Made by a program: the position numbers and the translations under genes. The notes beneath the pieces are model-generated. The model made no database searches, had not been told where the DNA came from, and saw only the letters and a program-made list of their open reading frames with translations. From Dehalococcoidia bacterium (lineage in GTDB: Bacteria > Chloroflexota > Dehalococcoidia > GIF9 > AB-539-J10): a stretch of 64,000 bases of DNA. This document shows, piece by piece, positions 1 to 10,341 of this stretch (position 1 is the first letter of the stretch; every line of letters begins with the position of its first letter). The DNA lies in the NCBI GenBank assembly GCA_030615625.1, contig JAUWYX010000002.1, positions 11,995 through 75,994 of the forward strand, in the 5' to 3' direction.

Positions 1-2093
1 GCCTGGCTACAGGTCTAAGCTCGTGGTACAAATCCTCCAACAGCATCTGGATAGGATGGGCGGGGATAGGCCGGAAAAAAATAAAAAAAGAAAAAGATAT
101 CATGGCGAGATTGCTATCTGAAAACTGCCACCCGGTTTCTCTCTCACAGCAGGATGTCGAAGCCTACTACCACGGGTTCTGCAATCGAACTATCTGGCCT
201 CTTTTCCACTACTTCCCCCTCTATGCGGAATATAGCGAAGATTTCTGGCAGGCTTATGAACGAGTCAACACAGCTTTCGCCAACGTAGTTGCTGGAATTG
301 CCAGGCCTAATGATATTATCTGGATACACGATTATCACTTAATGCTCCTCCCCAAGCTCTTAAGAGAAAGGTTGCCAAAGGCAACAATGGGTTTCTTCCT
401 CCACATCCCTTTTCCGTCTTTTGAAATATTTCGCTTGTTACCATGGCGTAAACAAATTCTGGAAGGACTTTTAGGCGCAGACCTCGCAGGTTTTCACACC
501 TATGACTACACCGGGCACTTCCTGGACAGCGTGCATCGTCTATTAGGCTACGAAGTGGCTATGGGGCAAATCACCGCGGCCGATCGGGTAGTGAGGGCGG
601 ATGCATTTCCCATGGGAATAAACTATGAACAATTCTCCAGCGTTGCCCAGGACCCAAAAGCGCAAGCAGAGAGAAAAAAGTTTCGCAAAAAACTAGGAGA
701 TTGCCAGGTAATTCTTTCAGTGGACCGTCTGGATTACACCAAGGGCATCCCTGAGCGGTTGGAAGCTTTCAGTGTGTTTCTGGACAGGAACCCGAAGTTC
801 AAGAGGAAAGTAATTCTTGTTTTGCTGGTAGTCCCTTCACGCACAAGAGTGGACCACTATATACAGTTGAAGAAACAGCTAGATGGACTTGTGGGCGAAA
901 TCAACGGAAAACATGGGACTATAGGCTGGATGCCAGTCTGGTATCTATACCGCTTTTTACCCTTCCACTCCCTCGCCGCCCTTTACAGCCTGGCTGATGT
1001 TGCCCTTGTTACCCCTCTCAGAGACGGGATGAATCTTGTAGCAAAAGAATACACGACAACTAAGACGGACGGGAAAGGGGTTTTAATACTTAGTGAGACT
1101 GCCGGAGCTGCTCAAGAGCTGGGAGAGGCGATTATAATAAATGCCAATAACCAGGAAGAGATTGCCCAGGCATTGGCAAAAGCCCTGGAAATGCCAGAAC
1201 AAGAGCAAATAGAGCGCAACCGCACAATGCAGAAACGCCTGCGTCGTTACGACGTGGTGCAATGGGCAAATGAATTTATGGATAAACTGCTTTACACCAA
1301 GAAACTTCAACGGGAGATGGAAGAAAAGGCATTGACCTATGAGATGCAGAAGAAATTAGCCAGCGATTTCCAAGAGAGCGATAAAGCATTACTCCTATTG
1401 GATTATGATGGCACACTTGTCCCTTTTTCACCCAAACCAGCGGAAGCAATGCCGGGAGCCAACCTCTTAAGATTGCTTGAAAGGTTTACCAAGAATCCTC
1501 GAAACGAAGTAGTGCTCATAAGTGGACGCGATAAAGATACCTTGGAGAGCTGGTTTGGCGGTCTCGATGTGGGATTGGTGGCTGAACATGGCGTGTGGAT
1601 TAAAGAAAAGGGTGGAGGATGGGAGACGATAGAGACCCTGACAAGTGAGTGGAAGGAAGAGGTGTATCCGATACTTGAGTCATGGGTGGATAGAACCCCG
1701 GGCTCCTTCATTGAAGAAAAAGAGTTCTCCCTTGTCTGGCATTACAGAAAAGCTAACCCCAAGCTAGGTGAGCTTCGAGCCCGGGAGTTGATAAACAATC
1801 TCTCAAATATAACTGCCAATTTAAACCTTCAGGTGTTGGAAGGAAGCAAGGTAGTGGAAGTGATAAACACCGGCATAAACAAGGGGCGCACGGCTTCAAT
1901 ATGGATTTCGAGAGAGAAATGGGACTTTATATTGGCACTGGGCGATGATTGGACCGATGAGGATACTTTCAAGGTTCTCCCTTCCACAGCGTGGTCTATA
2001 AAGGTGGGGTTTGGGGCTTCGGCAGCTAGATTCAGCCTTAGTTCCCCAAGCAACGCGACTTCTCTGTTAAGAAAAATGGTAGGGGGTCGGTGA
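1..2093 (+). CDS. otsA: Bifunctional trehalose-6-phosphate synthase/phosphatase (OtsA-OtsB fusion); 5' end lies beyond the window start
   Basis: GT20 OtsA motifs (IWIGWAG in frame upstream of the listed ORF start, [35 protein letters not shown]) followed by a HAD trehalose-phosphatase module ([13 protein letters not shown]). The reading frame is open from nt 3, so the gene is 5'-truncated by the window edge. Confidence 0.8.
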   Translation, partial: LATGLSSWYKSSNSIWIGWAGIGRKKIKKEKDIMARLLSENCHPVSLSQQDVEAYYHGFCNRTIWPLFHYFPLYAEYSEDFWQAYERVNTAFANVVAGIARPNDIIWIHDYHLMLLPKLLRERLPKATMGFFLHIPFPSFEIFRLLPWRKQILEGLLGADLAGFHTYDYTGHFLDSVHRLLGYEVAMGQITAADRVVRADAFPMGINYEQFSSVAQDPKAQAERKKFRKKLGDCQVILSVDRLDYTKGIPERLEAFSVFLDRNPKFKRKVILVLLVVPSRTRVDHYIQLKKQLDGLVGEINGKHGTIGWMPVWYLYRFLPFHSLAALYSLADVALVTPLRDGMNLVAKEYTTTKTDGKGVLILSETAGAAQELGEAIIINANNQEEIAQALAKALEMPEQEQIERNRTMQKRLRRYDVVQWANEFMDKLLYTKKLQREMEEKALTYEMQKKLASDFQESDKALLLLDYDGTLVPFSPKPAEAMPGANLLRLLERFTKNPRNEVVLISGRDKDTLESWFGGLDVGLVAEHGVWIKEKGGGWETIETLTSEWKEEVYPILESWVDRTPGSFIEEKEFSLVWHYRKANPKLGELRARELINNLSNITANLNLQVLEGSKVVEVINTGINKGRTASIWISREKWDFILALGDDWTDEDTFKVLPSTAWSIKVGFGASAARFSLSSPSNATSLLRKMVGGR

Positions 2094-2137
2094 CAGTTAG
2101 AACAAAATGTAGGGCTTATACCTGATAAATCAGGCAA

Positions 2138-3425
2138 CTACAAGGATTGGTTTCTCTTCCGCTTGCTCAGCTTGAACCAGGGAGAAAAGCTGATTATGAT
2201 GTCAGCATTGGCTTCCTTATTGATAGCCCCACTGACAACCATATTTATAGCCATAAGATAATCAGCAATTCTATCGGGAAGGAGAAAGCGCTGCCCCACA
2301 TACTCTCTGCCCCTTTTGCCCATCGCCTCAGCAGCCTTGGGTTTTTCCAGTAAATAGATTATCCTTTTTGCAGTTTTGCGTGATGTCTGGTAAAAGTATC
2401 CGGTATCGCCGTCCCGAATCTGAAGGGGTATGGCCCCCGCGTCAGCACCTATCACCGGTTTGCCCTTCCACAATGCCTCAGTAATTACCAACCCGAAGCC
2501 TTCTTTGGTAGATGGCTGCATTATAACTCTGGCGGCCCGCTGGAGCGCATTCACTTCCCTCGAATTCTCCAGACGGTCGTCCAGAGACAGATTTAGTACG
2601 TGGATGTCCTCGTCATTCTTTGTGTCTTCATAAACTCGGGCTAGAATTCTCTCTCCTTCCGGGTCATCGCCAGCCAATCCACCCGCTAATATAAGCTGGC
2701 ATTCCTTTTCCTTCCTCACCCGGCGGTAGGTGGCAATAGTCCTGTCTATTCCCTTCCAGGGGTCAAACCTACTAATCTGGGCAATGATTGGGACCTTGGG
2801 GTCTATACGGTATTTGGTGAGAACCCTGTCTATCTCTCCCTGGCTCAATTCCTTATTCTTCTCAGAAAGAGGGTCAATGAAAGGAGGGATTATAAACTTA
2901 GGCAGCGGCCACCGTGGGAGAATGTATTGAGCCGCTGAAAATATGACGGCATCATAGTGCTCAGCCCAGTCGGTCAGGAGATCCCATAAATCAGGGTTAG
3001 CCTCTATAGTCTCTCTATCCATATCTATGTGGCATCTCCACAGCCAGGTTGCCCCCGGTCTTCTAAGATAGTGACTCAAGCCCAGTGGCTGTGGGTCTTG
3101 TACATCTATCACGTCAGGTTCGTAGTCAATAAGATTCTGCTTGGCACACTCCTCGAGGGTAGATAGGTAAGTATGTTGCCGCTCTGGACTGAAGGAGCCT
3201 GTCTTGCCCTGTAGTAAGTTGTGTAGCTCCTTCGTGGACTCGAAATATTCCTTGGAACCACAAATAACCTTCCACTCAGTTTCTACACCCACCATATTCA
3301 AGAACGGGACAGCGCTGTAAAGCATCTCAGCGACACCACCACCCTGGGCGCTAGCATTCAGGGTCAGCATTTTTAAGCCTTTCACTCGCTGAGCTATCTT
3401 CTGCAGTCTCTCCATCCTCTCCTCC
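2138..3425 (-). CDS. treT: TreT-like trehalose glycosyltransferring synthase (GT4 family)
   Basis: Motifs typical of TreT-type GT4 enzymes: GGGVAEML, WLWRCHID, PPFIDPLSEKN, SRFDPWKG, TKEGFGLVITEALWKGKPVIG. The six-frame ORF extends to 3538, but ATG at 3425 (MERLQKIAQ) is preceded by a GGAGGAGAGG SD and matches the family N-terminus. Convergent with otsAB. Confidence 0.6.
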
Positions 3426-3850
3426 CCCAAGATAGGAACATAAGCCTCCGGAGGAGACGTGGAGAAAGGACAAAAGTTCTTTCTCTTACTGTAGACGGTC
3501 CCGTCTGCCAGGATGGAAGAGATGCCTGCTTTCGTCATTCAAAATCCTCGCTTTACAAGTTACACCAAACCAAAGCTACCTTACGCCACATAATTGACTG
3601 ATTTTACACCTGACAGCACACATTGGCAAGTCCTCGATTTAAATCATCTAAACCTAATCGAGATATCGGACGAGGTAGCCTTGAAATTGAAGGTGGTGCG
3701 CCCGGCTACATTAATAAGTCCCACTATTCCGCCTGGAGCCTTAACTTCCCTTTTAAACAGGTGCAGTGAGCTCTTGTAGTGGAGGGCTTGCCCCCTCCCA
3801 GGCTTTTCTCAAGGGGGGAGGGTAACAATCGACCTGCGATTTTCCCTAAT

Positions 3851-4108
3851 TCAGTGAACTTTATAGGTACTGTCTCTGCTCGGGTTGAACTCTGCAAAGA
3901 AGCGAGCGATGTCCTCGCGCTTGAATCTGCGGTCACCACGGGGGGTAATGCGGTATGCCTTTATTCTTCCGCTATTACTCCACCGCCTCAGGGTGTTGGG
4001 ATGGATATGGAGCAGCCTGGCTACCTCCCTCACCGTCAGCATATCATCCATTTGGCCATTATTATCCATACTATCCATATCTTTTCCCATCTCCTCTTTA
4101 GTTAACAT
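3851..4108 (-). CDS. Excisionase/AlpA-family helix-turn-helix DNA-binding protein
   Basis: 85 aa; LTVREVARLLHIHPNTLRRWSNSGRIKAYRI matches the excisionase-family (MerR-superfamily) HTH consensus. Acidic N-terminus. Confidence 0.5.
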   Translation of the reverse strand: MLTKEEMGKDMDSMDNNGQMDDMLTVREVARLLHIHPNTLRRWSNSGRIKAYRITPRGDRRFKREDIARFFAEFNPSRDSTYKVH

Positions 4109-4484
4109 ATCTTAAGGGTAACTCACTTCAATCAACTGCACAATCACCCAAAAGTATCAATTTGATTAGAAAATGGTACTGGGAAAAAAGTCCTGGATTG
4201 GTAAAATTGGTAAGAAAGGTTAAGTTAGGTATATTGACTTCCTTTTGAAAAAGTGCTACTCTTATACATATTATTCCCATAAGTATTATGAATAATCTAC
4301 GCAAAGGAACACTAAGAGAGCGATTGCGTAAGTTCGCGGGAGTGCGAGTTGTGTGGTCGGGGAAAGCTGATGGCGGGCAAATGCATGTGTAAGGGAGGAT
4401 AGGCCGAAAGTTCTGTTGCCGTTTTATGTGTGAGGAGGCAGTGAAGCTGAGCCTGTAGCTGGTCGCTTGGGCTCGGTGGAGCTA

Positions 4485-4527
4485 ATAGCGAAACCGACCT
4501 TAAAGGTTAGTTTCGCTTTTGTGTTTA
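4485..4527 (+). terminator. Hairpin plus U-tract in the leader immediately upstream of the regulator gene (possible attenuator)
   Basis: AGCGAAAC..ACCTT-AAGGT..GTTTCGCT extended stem followed by TTTTGTGTTT, ending about 10 nt before the ATG at 4537. About 400 bp of untranslated leader precedes it. Confidence 0.3.
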
Positions 4528-4536
4528 GTGAAAGGG

Positions 4537-5247
4537 ATGAAAGTTCTGGTTGTTAGCCATTCGCAAGACTTATCGCAAGCTATTTCCCCTATCCTGAGAG
4601 TAAGATGGCCAGACTTAAGTTTAGTCCATGTCAACCAAGCCACGGAAAGCCTGGAGCTGATACATAGAGAACAGCCAGACATCGTTATGTTTTACCTCCC
4701 TGAGCGAAGCGAAGGAGCACCACCCCTGAACTGCTTTGACCTCATAAGCCGGATTCGCAGCTTCTCCGGTGTGCCCCTCATTGTTATTAGCCAGAGCGAT
4801 GATATCATGGACAAGGTAAAAGCTCTGGAGATGGGTGCCGATGACTGGGTGTCCCCATCTTTCAGCCCCATGGAGTTTATTGCCAAGGTCAATGCTATTC
4901 TCCGCCGCCGCTCCCCCCATAAGCCTGGTGTTTCCTTTTTCCTGAATGGCAAGCTATCTATAAATTACGACGCTCGCCAAGTACGCATCTCGGGAAAGCC
5001 AGTGAAGCTAACCCCTATTCAATATAAACTCCTTTGTCATTTAATCAAGAACCAGGGAAGGGTATGCAGCGCCGCCGAGTTGCTCCAGCATATCTGGGGG
5101 CCGAACTATAGTGATGAGAGAGAACTCCTGAAGCTGAGTGTTTATCGTTTGAGGTCTAAAATCGAGGAAAACCCCTCGGCCCCAGAAATCATTTTCAATG
5201 AAAGAGGCATAGGCTACGTCATTAGGGCCTCCAGTTCGAGTGGGTAG
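4537..5247 (+). CDS. OmpR/PhoB-family winged-helix regulator with aspartate-less (pseudo-)receiver domain
   Basis: C-terminal trans_reg_C domain (LTPIQYKLLCHLIKNQGRVCSAAELL...YRLRSKIE). The receiver fold is present but the acidic pocket is degenerate: VVSHSQD instead of DD, DIVMFYLPE puts Tyr at the phospho-Asp position, and DWVSPSF has Ser at the conserved Lys. Start chosen at MKVLVV with an AAGGGA SD; the ORF track starts 18 nt earlier. Confidence 0.7.
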   Translation: MKVLVVSHSQDLSQAISPILRVRWPDLSLVHVNQATESLELIHREQPDIVMFYLPERSEGAPPLNCFDLISRIRSFSGVPLIVISQSDDIMDKVKALEMGADDWVSPSFSPMEFIAKVNAILRRRSPHKPGVSFFLNGKLSINYDARQVRISGKPVKLTPIQYKLLCHLIKNQGRVCSAAELLQHIWGPNYSDERELLKLSVYRLRSKIEENPSAPEIIFNERGIGYVIRASSSSG

Positions 5248-5250
5248 AGA

Positions 5251-5475
5251 CACTCCCCTTGTCATTGTGAAGCTCCTCCCCCTGAGTCCTAAACAAATCC
5301 AAATGTCAAAATCCCAATGACAACCGAAATCTAAATACTGAAATGCCAAAACTACTTCGTTTTGTCATTTAGATTTTGAGCTTGCTTTGATATTTATGCC
5401 TTGTCATTTGTCATTGCTTAGCATTCAGGATTTGGTGTCCGAGATTGCTTCACTTCGTTCGCAATGACATAGAGA
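5251..5475. repeat. Cluster of MITE-like elements/fragments (TTGTCATTGC...GCAATGACA terminal inverted repeats) in the intergenic region
   Basis: CTTGTCATTGTGAAG (5251) ... CCAATGACAAC (5296); TTTGTCATTT (5361); TTGTCATTTGTCATTGCTTAG (5401) ... GAGATTGCTTCACTTCGTTCGCAATGACATAGAG (5440-5475). Same family as 17586-17689 and the array inside mfd. Confidence 0.5.
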
Positions 5476-5590
5476 GTGTGCTGAAACCAAAAAGAAACCT
5501 TTTGTAACCCAAAAACAACCTCTGGTAACTGAGTAGCTACTGACTTCTCTGACGTTCCCCATTACACTGGACTTAAGCACTGGTAGATAA

Positions 5591-5995
5591 GTGTTGGCAT
5601 TTAAGGCCGGGTTGACCGTGGAGAAGATTTTGCTTGTGTGTCCCGACTTAGCGATGATAGATAACTTAACCTTTGTATTACAGCATTCCGGTTTTCAAAT
5701 TGTAAACGCTGCCGAGAGCAAGCAAGCTTTGGCGGAGATGGGTAGAAGCTCTCCTGACCTCGTAGTTTTGCGTGAGAACAGCTGCAGACTGAATGGAGAC
5801 GAGCTTTGTATCCGCATTCGGGAGATATCTGATGTTCCCATCATCGTTCTCGGGCAGGAGCAGGAAGAGGCGGCGGGAATCGAGTTTCTGGAAATGGGCG
5901 CTGATGCCTACCTGACCTCTCCCTTAAGTTTGAGGGAATTGCTTGCCAGGGTTCGCTCCTTGCTGCGCCGCACCCGGGCCTCTCAAGGAACATGA
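5591..5995 (+). CDS. Stand-alone receiver-domain protein lacking the phospho-acceptor Asp (pseudo-receiver)
   Basis: CheY-like fold (KILLVCPD..., PIIVLGQ, LEMGADAYLTSP), but DLVVLRENS has Arg at the D57 position and the conserved Lys is Ser. GTG start at 5591 is uncertain. Confidence 0.55.
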   Translation: MLAFKAGLTVEKILLVCPDLAMIDNLTFVLQHSGFQIVNAAESKQALAEMGRSSPDLVVLRENSCRLNGDELCIRIREISDVPIIVLGQEQEEAAGIEFLEMGADAYLTSPLSLRELLARVRSLLRRTRASQGT

Positions 5996-6040
5996 AAGAG
6001 GATAACTAAGATGGAAACTGGTTACAGGGCCAACAAGAAT

Positions 6041-6265
6041 TTAAAGAAGCTGTGTAAACTCAGCGACCGTGAGGTCAGCCTTGCGGATGAGGGTTCGCAA
6101 TGTGCCTGGCTTGAGTTCTTTTCTTCCCCCGGGAACGCTGAGGTGGCGTCCATCGGGATGATAAAGGATGGCATGCCTTCCTTTCCAGTGGTCAAGAGAG
6201 AAGCCAGTCCTTCCGAAGGCTTTGATAGCATCTTCTCCTCTTACCACCGGGAGCTTTGCCATCAA
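6041..6265 (-). CDS. hicA: HicA-family mRNA interferase toxin
   Basis: 74 aa; KLPVVRGEDAIKAFGRTGFSLDHWKGRHAILYHPDGRHLSVPGGRKELKPGTLRTLIRKADLT is the YcfA/HicA fold consensus. ATGA overlap with upstream hicB. Confidence 0.75.
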   Translation of the reverse strand: MMAKLPVVRGEDAIKAFGRTGFSLDHWKGRHAILYHPDGRHLSVPGGRKELKPGTLRTLIRKADLTVAEFTQLL

Positions 6266-6555
6266 ACTGGCACCTTAGGAGCTACCTCTACCTCGTCGGT
6301 CTCAATCCTGAGGGGAAGTCCATCTGCTTTCCGCTCGCTCAGACACCAGCGTATCTCCTGTGACACAAGTTCCGGTGTCTCTTCTGGGAGGGGCATATTG
6401 TGTTTCTCTCGCAGGGCTAGAATTCCCTCGATAGCCTCCCGAATATTAGCCATGGCTTCCTCTCGAGTGTCGCCCTGGCTGACGCACCCTGGTAGAGCTG
6501 GGCAGTGGATGGAATATCCGATTTTCTCAGGCTCAAGAATAACAGTGAATTTCAT
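6262..6555 (-). CDS. hicB: HicB-family antitoxin
   Basis: MKFTVILEPEKIGYSIHCPALPGCVSQGDTREEAMANIREAIEG is the UPF0150/HicB N-terminal domain. Start taken at MKFTV; the ORF track extends 16 codons further 5'. Confidence 0.65.
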   Translation of the reverse strand: MKFTVILEPEKIGYSIHCPALPGCVSQGDTREEAMANIREAIEGILALREKHNMPLPEETPELVSQEIRWCLSERKADGLPLRIETDEVEVAPKVPV

Positions 6556-6851
6556 AAATAACCTCCACCTAAATAGCATAGCAACAGGAGTTTGAAAATG
6601 CAAAATAGTCTGTGTCTAAGAACCTTTTTGATAATAACGACTGCCGACGCCCTGGATCCATTTCCAGGCAGGTCGATCAGGGCGACCGGGCTTCCTTATC
6701 AAGTCTCCTCTCCCTCGATAGGAGTTCCCTCTCCACTTGCTGGAGAGGGTTAGGGTGAGGTCAAGGTGAGGCTGAGTCCAATAAGGCACGCCTTAAATCA
6801 AAGATGAGGTGGGATGATTAATGAGAAACTCCAAAAAAGGAGGACCATAAA

Positions 6852-7499
6852 ATGAAAAGAATAGGACTTTTATGTCTGGCGCTGGTCCTGGCGCTGGGCG
6901 CGCTCGGCGTGGGCTACGCCATGTGGTCCGATACGCTCCAGATTGAGGGCGAAGTGAACACCGGCGAACTGAGTGTGATTTTTGACAGCCAGTATGACAA
7001 CGACCCCAGTGACAATGACCCCAAGGAAGCGGGCTCGTGGAATCTGACCACACTCGAATGGGAGGGGGCAAGATGGGACAAGAACGTAGCTTCCACTACG
7101 TCGACCTTCGATGACAAGTCTGCTAGGATCGTTGTGACCCTCGGCTATCCTTGCTACTGGGGTAGCGTACTCTGGGACGTGCACAACGTTGGCACCATCC
7201 CGGCAAAACTCCATTCGATAACGCTGACGAAGCTGAGCAAGCAATTGGACGAGTGGCCGATGAATAAGGCCCTCGACATCGACACCCGGTACTACGTTGA
7301 CGTCGAGCAGCTGAGAGTAAACAAAGTGCTCCAGGCCGACGATGATTTCAGCTTCATACTAAGTGCGTTCAACTGCACCCAGATTGATGCGTGTCAGGTG
7401 GGCTACCTGGACGTCACGGTGCACGTGGAGCAGGACGCTGAGCAGAAGAAAACGTACGACTTCGTCATTGACTATGTCTTTGCTAACTGGAATGAATGA
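6852..7499 (+). CDS. Secreted protein with SipW-cognate class signal peptide (TasA/camelysin-like), paralog 1
   Basis: N-terminus MKRIGLLCLALVLALGALGVGYAMWSDTLQIEGEV: hydrophobic core followed by G-x-G-Y-A-x-W-S-D, the hallmark of SipW-cognate signals (cf. TasA GGGTWAAFND). About 190-aa mature domain; the three paralogs share a cysteine pair (GYPCYW here, AYPCYY in the third). Confidence 0.6.
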   Translation: MKRIGLLCLALVLALGALGVGYAMWSDTLQIEGEVNTGELSVIFDSQYDNDPSDNDPKEAGSWNLTTLEWEGARWDKNVASTTSTFDDKSARIVVTLGYPCYWGSVLWDVHNVGTIPAKLHSITLTKLSKQLDEWPMNKALDIDTRYYVDVEQLRVNKVLQADDDFSFILSAFNCTQIDACQVGYLDVTVHVEQDAEQKKTYDFVIDYVFANWNE

Positions 7500-7723
7500 T
7501 GAGTGAAGACTGAGAGGAAGAGTTTTTCGGGGAGGGGGCTCTGTCCCCTCCCCAAAGGAGCCCGCCCTTCGGGGGAAACGTGAATAAAAAGGTCTCGGGA
7601 AAGCCCCACCCCCTCTTCTTGGCAGGGGAAGAGGCAAAGGATTATAATGGTCTTTACCCCTTCCCCTGGAAAGGAGAAAGGAATAGTGAAGCTGCCTTTC
7701 CGGCATAAAGATAAGGTGAGGGC

Positions 7724-8314
7724 TTGAGTATAATGAAAAAGAGAAGAAACAGGTTTTCCCGACTGGGACTGCTGCCCATAGTGCTGCTTTTGGCCCTGTG
7801 TCTCACCGGCGTGGGCTACGGCATGTGGTCGGACGAGGTTTACATCGAGGGCACAATCACCACAGGCACGTGGGATGTGGGCGGCACCATCGGCTTCTGG
7901 AAGAACTGGGACAATCACTATAACGAAGCGGAAATCGTGCCGTGGCTGGTGGCCATTAATTCTAGCTCAGAGTGGCTAGGCCCAACCACGGTGGAGGGAC
8001 TAGATGAACTGTTTGCCGCTGCCACGGGACAGTGTCCCCCTATGAAGAGCAAATTCCTGGTCCACTACATGGCTACCCGCCTGGATATCGCCTCTGGCCG
8101 GCTTGATGTGGGCAATACTCATGACGTTACCGGATGGGATGAAGATAACTATCTCGGTCTCCCCAACCCAGCATTGGCAACGCTGTCCGAGATAATTATT
8201 GCCATTGAAGGTAAGTACCCGGCTGAACCTGAAGACCCCGCAGCCTGGCCCACAACGGAGCAGTACGAGACAATGAAGGATATCTGTGACGCTTTGAACA
8301 ATTTGTGGATCTAG
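7724..8314 (+). CDS. Secreted protein with SipW-cognate class signal peptide, paralog 2
   Basis: LLLALCLTGVGYGMWSDEVYIEGTITTG has the same signal architecture. Divergent mature region. Confidence 0.55.
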   Translation: MSIMKKRRNRFSRLGLLPIVLLLALCLTGVGYGMWSDEVYIEGTITTGTWDVGGTIGFWKNWDNHYNEAEIVPWLVAINSSSEWLGPTTVEGLDELFAAATGQCPPMKSKFLVHYMATRLDIASGRLDVGNTHDVTGWDEDNYLGLPNPALATLSEIIIAIEGKYPAEPEDPAAWPTTEQYETMKDICDALNNLWI

Positions 8315-8375
8315 TTCGTCCTTGGTAGGGCGGGGAGAGGCTTCGCCCCTACGGAGGTTCTGGAAGGTTTAAGGA

Positions 8376-9023
8376 ATGACAAGAAAAAGAGTGATAGCGA
8401 AAGGCAACCTGGGCAGGCTGGGCATGTTGTCTCTGGCGCTGGTGGTGGCGCTGGCGGGGATGGGTGTGGGCTATGCCCAAATGCAGGGCGGCCTGCAGAG
8501 CAATGGCCAGGTGCTGACCGACTGCGCCTTCACCTGGGTGGTCTCCAACGACGATGGCGAGGTGACTAACATATCTCCTTATGGAGACATTGACCCCGGC
8601 GATGATAGCGGCGGCACCAGCTATGACAGGTGGGATGCCCAGAGCAGCGACGACCCCTCGAAAGCGCAGGAAATGGGAATTCCCTGCGCCAGGTATGATA
8701 AAGACGTGGCGCGAACCACCGTCCAGATGTCGGATGGCCAGCGGATAATCACCGTGCTGGTAGAAAACGCCTACCCGTGCTATTACCCGACGGTATTCTT
8801 CGGGCTGAAAAATACGCAGAGTTTTTCTGTCAAAATTAAGAGTATTGATATTAGTTACGACATGCCAGAGCTCACCGTCACGTTTGACGGGATAACTGAA
8901 AATCAGGTGCTCTCCACTGGCGAGGAGGTCATCGGTAGACTGGGAATTCACACTGAGCAGTCTGCTCATCAGAACTCAACCTATAATGTTGAGGTGAAGG
9001 TAGTGCTGGTTCAGAAAGAATGA
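8376..9023 (+). CDS. Secreted protein with SipW-cognate-like signal peptide, paralog 3
   Basis: LALVVALAGMGVGYAQMQGGLQSNGQV: same positional pattern, with WSD degenerated to MQG. Conserved ENAYPCYYPTVFFGL block aligned to paralog 1 LGYPCYWGSVLWDV. Confidence 0.55.
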   Translation: MTRKRVIAKGNLGRLGMLSLALVVALAGMGVGYAQMQGGLQSNGQVLTDCAFTWVVSNDDGEVTNISPYGDIDPGDDSGGTSYDRWDAQSSDDPSKAQEMGIPCARYDKDVARTTVQMSDGQRIITVLVENAYPCYYPTVFFGLKNTQSFSVKIKSIDISYDMPELTVTFDGITENQVLSTGEEVIGRLGIHTEQSAHQNSTYNVEVKVVLVQKE

Positions 9024-9126
9024 GTCGGGCTGCTGTTGGGGGCAGTGGGGACATTGGGGCCATTGGAAGTGGTGGTGGTGAGGGGAGGAACGCCCTGAAT
9101 AACCTTCAGATTTAACTGGCTCCCAC

Positions 9127-10341
9127 TTGACGCGCTGGGAGTTTGTCCCTTATAGTGGCGTTACGGTGGATATAAGCCTTAGAGACAACCCGCGGTATAA
9201 CTGGTTGCTTGTTCTCGGTCTGCTGGCTGCCATATACTTGCTGATAAACCTGGGACTGCCTCGTCTGCCCATCGACCCATTCGCCAAGGCTTATGTCGTC
9301 CAGCCCATACTCTGGGGACTCCTGGCCTGGGCAATTCTGGTCCTGCCCAAGTACAGGACGGCCGGCGGATTGAGGCTCAAGACTGCCATTATCCAACTGG
9401 CGTTGATGATTGGCTTTTTCCAGGTGGTGCTCTATGTCATTGGCGGGCTCTTCTCCAGCTTTGGCAGAAGCCCTAATTCTTTCACCCCGACGGGCATCCT
9501 GACCAACCTGGTCTTTGTCGGCGCAATGCTGGTGGGCATGGAACTCAGCCGCGCCTGGCTCATCAATCGCCTGGGAAAGAAACATACTTTCCTGGCGCTC
9601 GCCTTCGTGGCTGTGCTGTATACTGTGCTGGCTCTCCCCTTAGGCCGCATCACCGGTCTCAGGCCGGAGCTTGCATCCATCACTTATGTGAACTCGACTC
9701 TCCTGCCGACACTGGCCGAGAGCATGCTGGCCTCATTCCTGGCTCTGCTGGGCGGGCCGTTGGCTGCCATTGCCTACCGCGGGATACTCCAGGCGTTCTG
9801 GTGGTTCTGTCCCATCCTCCCCGACCTGGCCTGGGTGTTCAAGGGGCTTATCGGTGTGGTGGTACCCATCGTGGGGCTGGCGGTGGCAAATAGCCTTCGC
9901 GTTTCGCGACGCCGGCCCGGGCAGGCAAGACGAGAGAGGGAGGGCTCTCTGGCCGGCTGGATTGTTACCACAGTTATCGCCGTGGCCATAATCTGGTTCG
10001 CTGTCGGGTTGTTCCCGATGCAGCCGACGACAATAATCAGCGGCAGTATGAGGCCGACCCTGGACGTTGGCGATGTGGTCATCATCGCCAAGGTGTCGGC
10101 GGATACTGTCAAGCCAGGTGATATTATCCAGTTCCGGGAATCGGAAGGGGTTACCACAGTACATAGGGTGGTCGAGATTCAGGAAAGTGAAGGGATAAGA
10201 GTTTTTATAACCCAGGGGGATGCCAACAGTGAGCCAGATGCCAACCCCGTCCTCTTTGCGAATGTGGTCGGCAAAGCGGTTTTTGACATCCCCAAGATAG
10301 GCTGGGCAGCCATAGCGGTTAAGGAATTCTTTATGGGATAG
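9127..10341 (+). CDS. sipW: Archaeal/ER-type signal peptidase I (SipW-like) fused to an N-terminal polytopic membrane domain
   Basis: C-terminal 130 aa: TM anchor then GSMRPTLDVGDVVIIAK...HRVVEI...TQGDAN, the S26B/SipW catalytic core (cf. SGSMEPTxxxGD). N-terminal 270 aa has about 7 predicted TM helices with no recognisable family. A TTGACG-17-TATAGT promoter-like motif at 9124-9155 suggests the true start may be an in-frame GTG near 9166. Confidence 0.65.
   Translation: MTRWEFVPYSGVTVDISLRDNPRYNWLLVLGLLAAIYLLINLGLPRLPIDPFAKAYVVQPILWGLLAWAILVLPKYRTAGGLRLKTAIIQLALMIGFFQVVLYVIGGLFSSFGRSPNSFTPTGILTNLVFVGAMLVGMELSRAWLINRLGKKHTFLALAFVAVLYTVLALPLGRITGLRPELASITYVNSTLLPTLAESMLASFLALLGGPLAAIAYRGILQAFWWFCPILPDLAWVFKGLIGVVVPIVGLAVANSLRVSRRRPGQARREREGSLAGWIVTTVIAVAIIWFAVGLFPMQPTTIISGSMRPTLDVGDVVIIAKVSADTVKPGDIIQFRESEGVTTVHRVVEIQESEGIRVFITQGDANSEPDANPVLFANVVGKAVFDIPKIGWAAIAVKEFFMG

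Noticed and set aside
2138-3538. Longer 466-aa version of the TreT-like gene
   Set aside because: The extra 37 N-terminal residues have no counterpart in the family. An internal ATG at 3425 has a strong SD and gives the canonical N-terminus.
6011-6595. 194-aa plus-strand ORF
   Set aside because: It runs antisense across the well-supported hicA/hicB pair, has no family signal and is low-complexity Ser/Arg-rich. It is a shadow ORF.
7539-7563. GGGGAGGGGG-CTCTGT-CCCCTCCCC hairpin after the first SipW-cognate gene, considered as an intrinsic terminator
   Set aside because: The T-tract is on the wrong (5') side of the stem for a plus-strand terminator and there is no minus-strand gene to terminate. 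It may still be an RNA structure but is not a canonical terminator.
8349-8969. 206-aa minus-strand ORF
   Set aside because: Entirely antisense to the third SipW-cognate protein gene. His/Gln-rich and low complexity.
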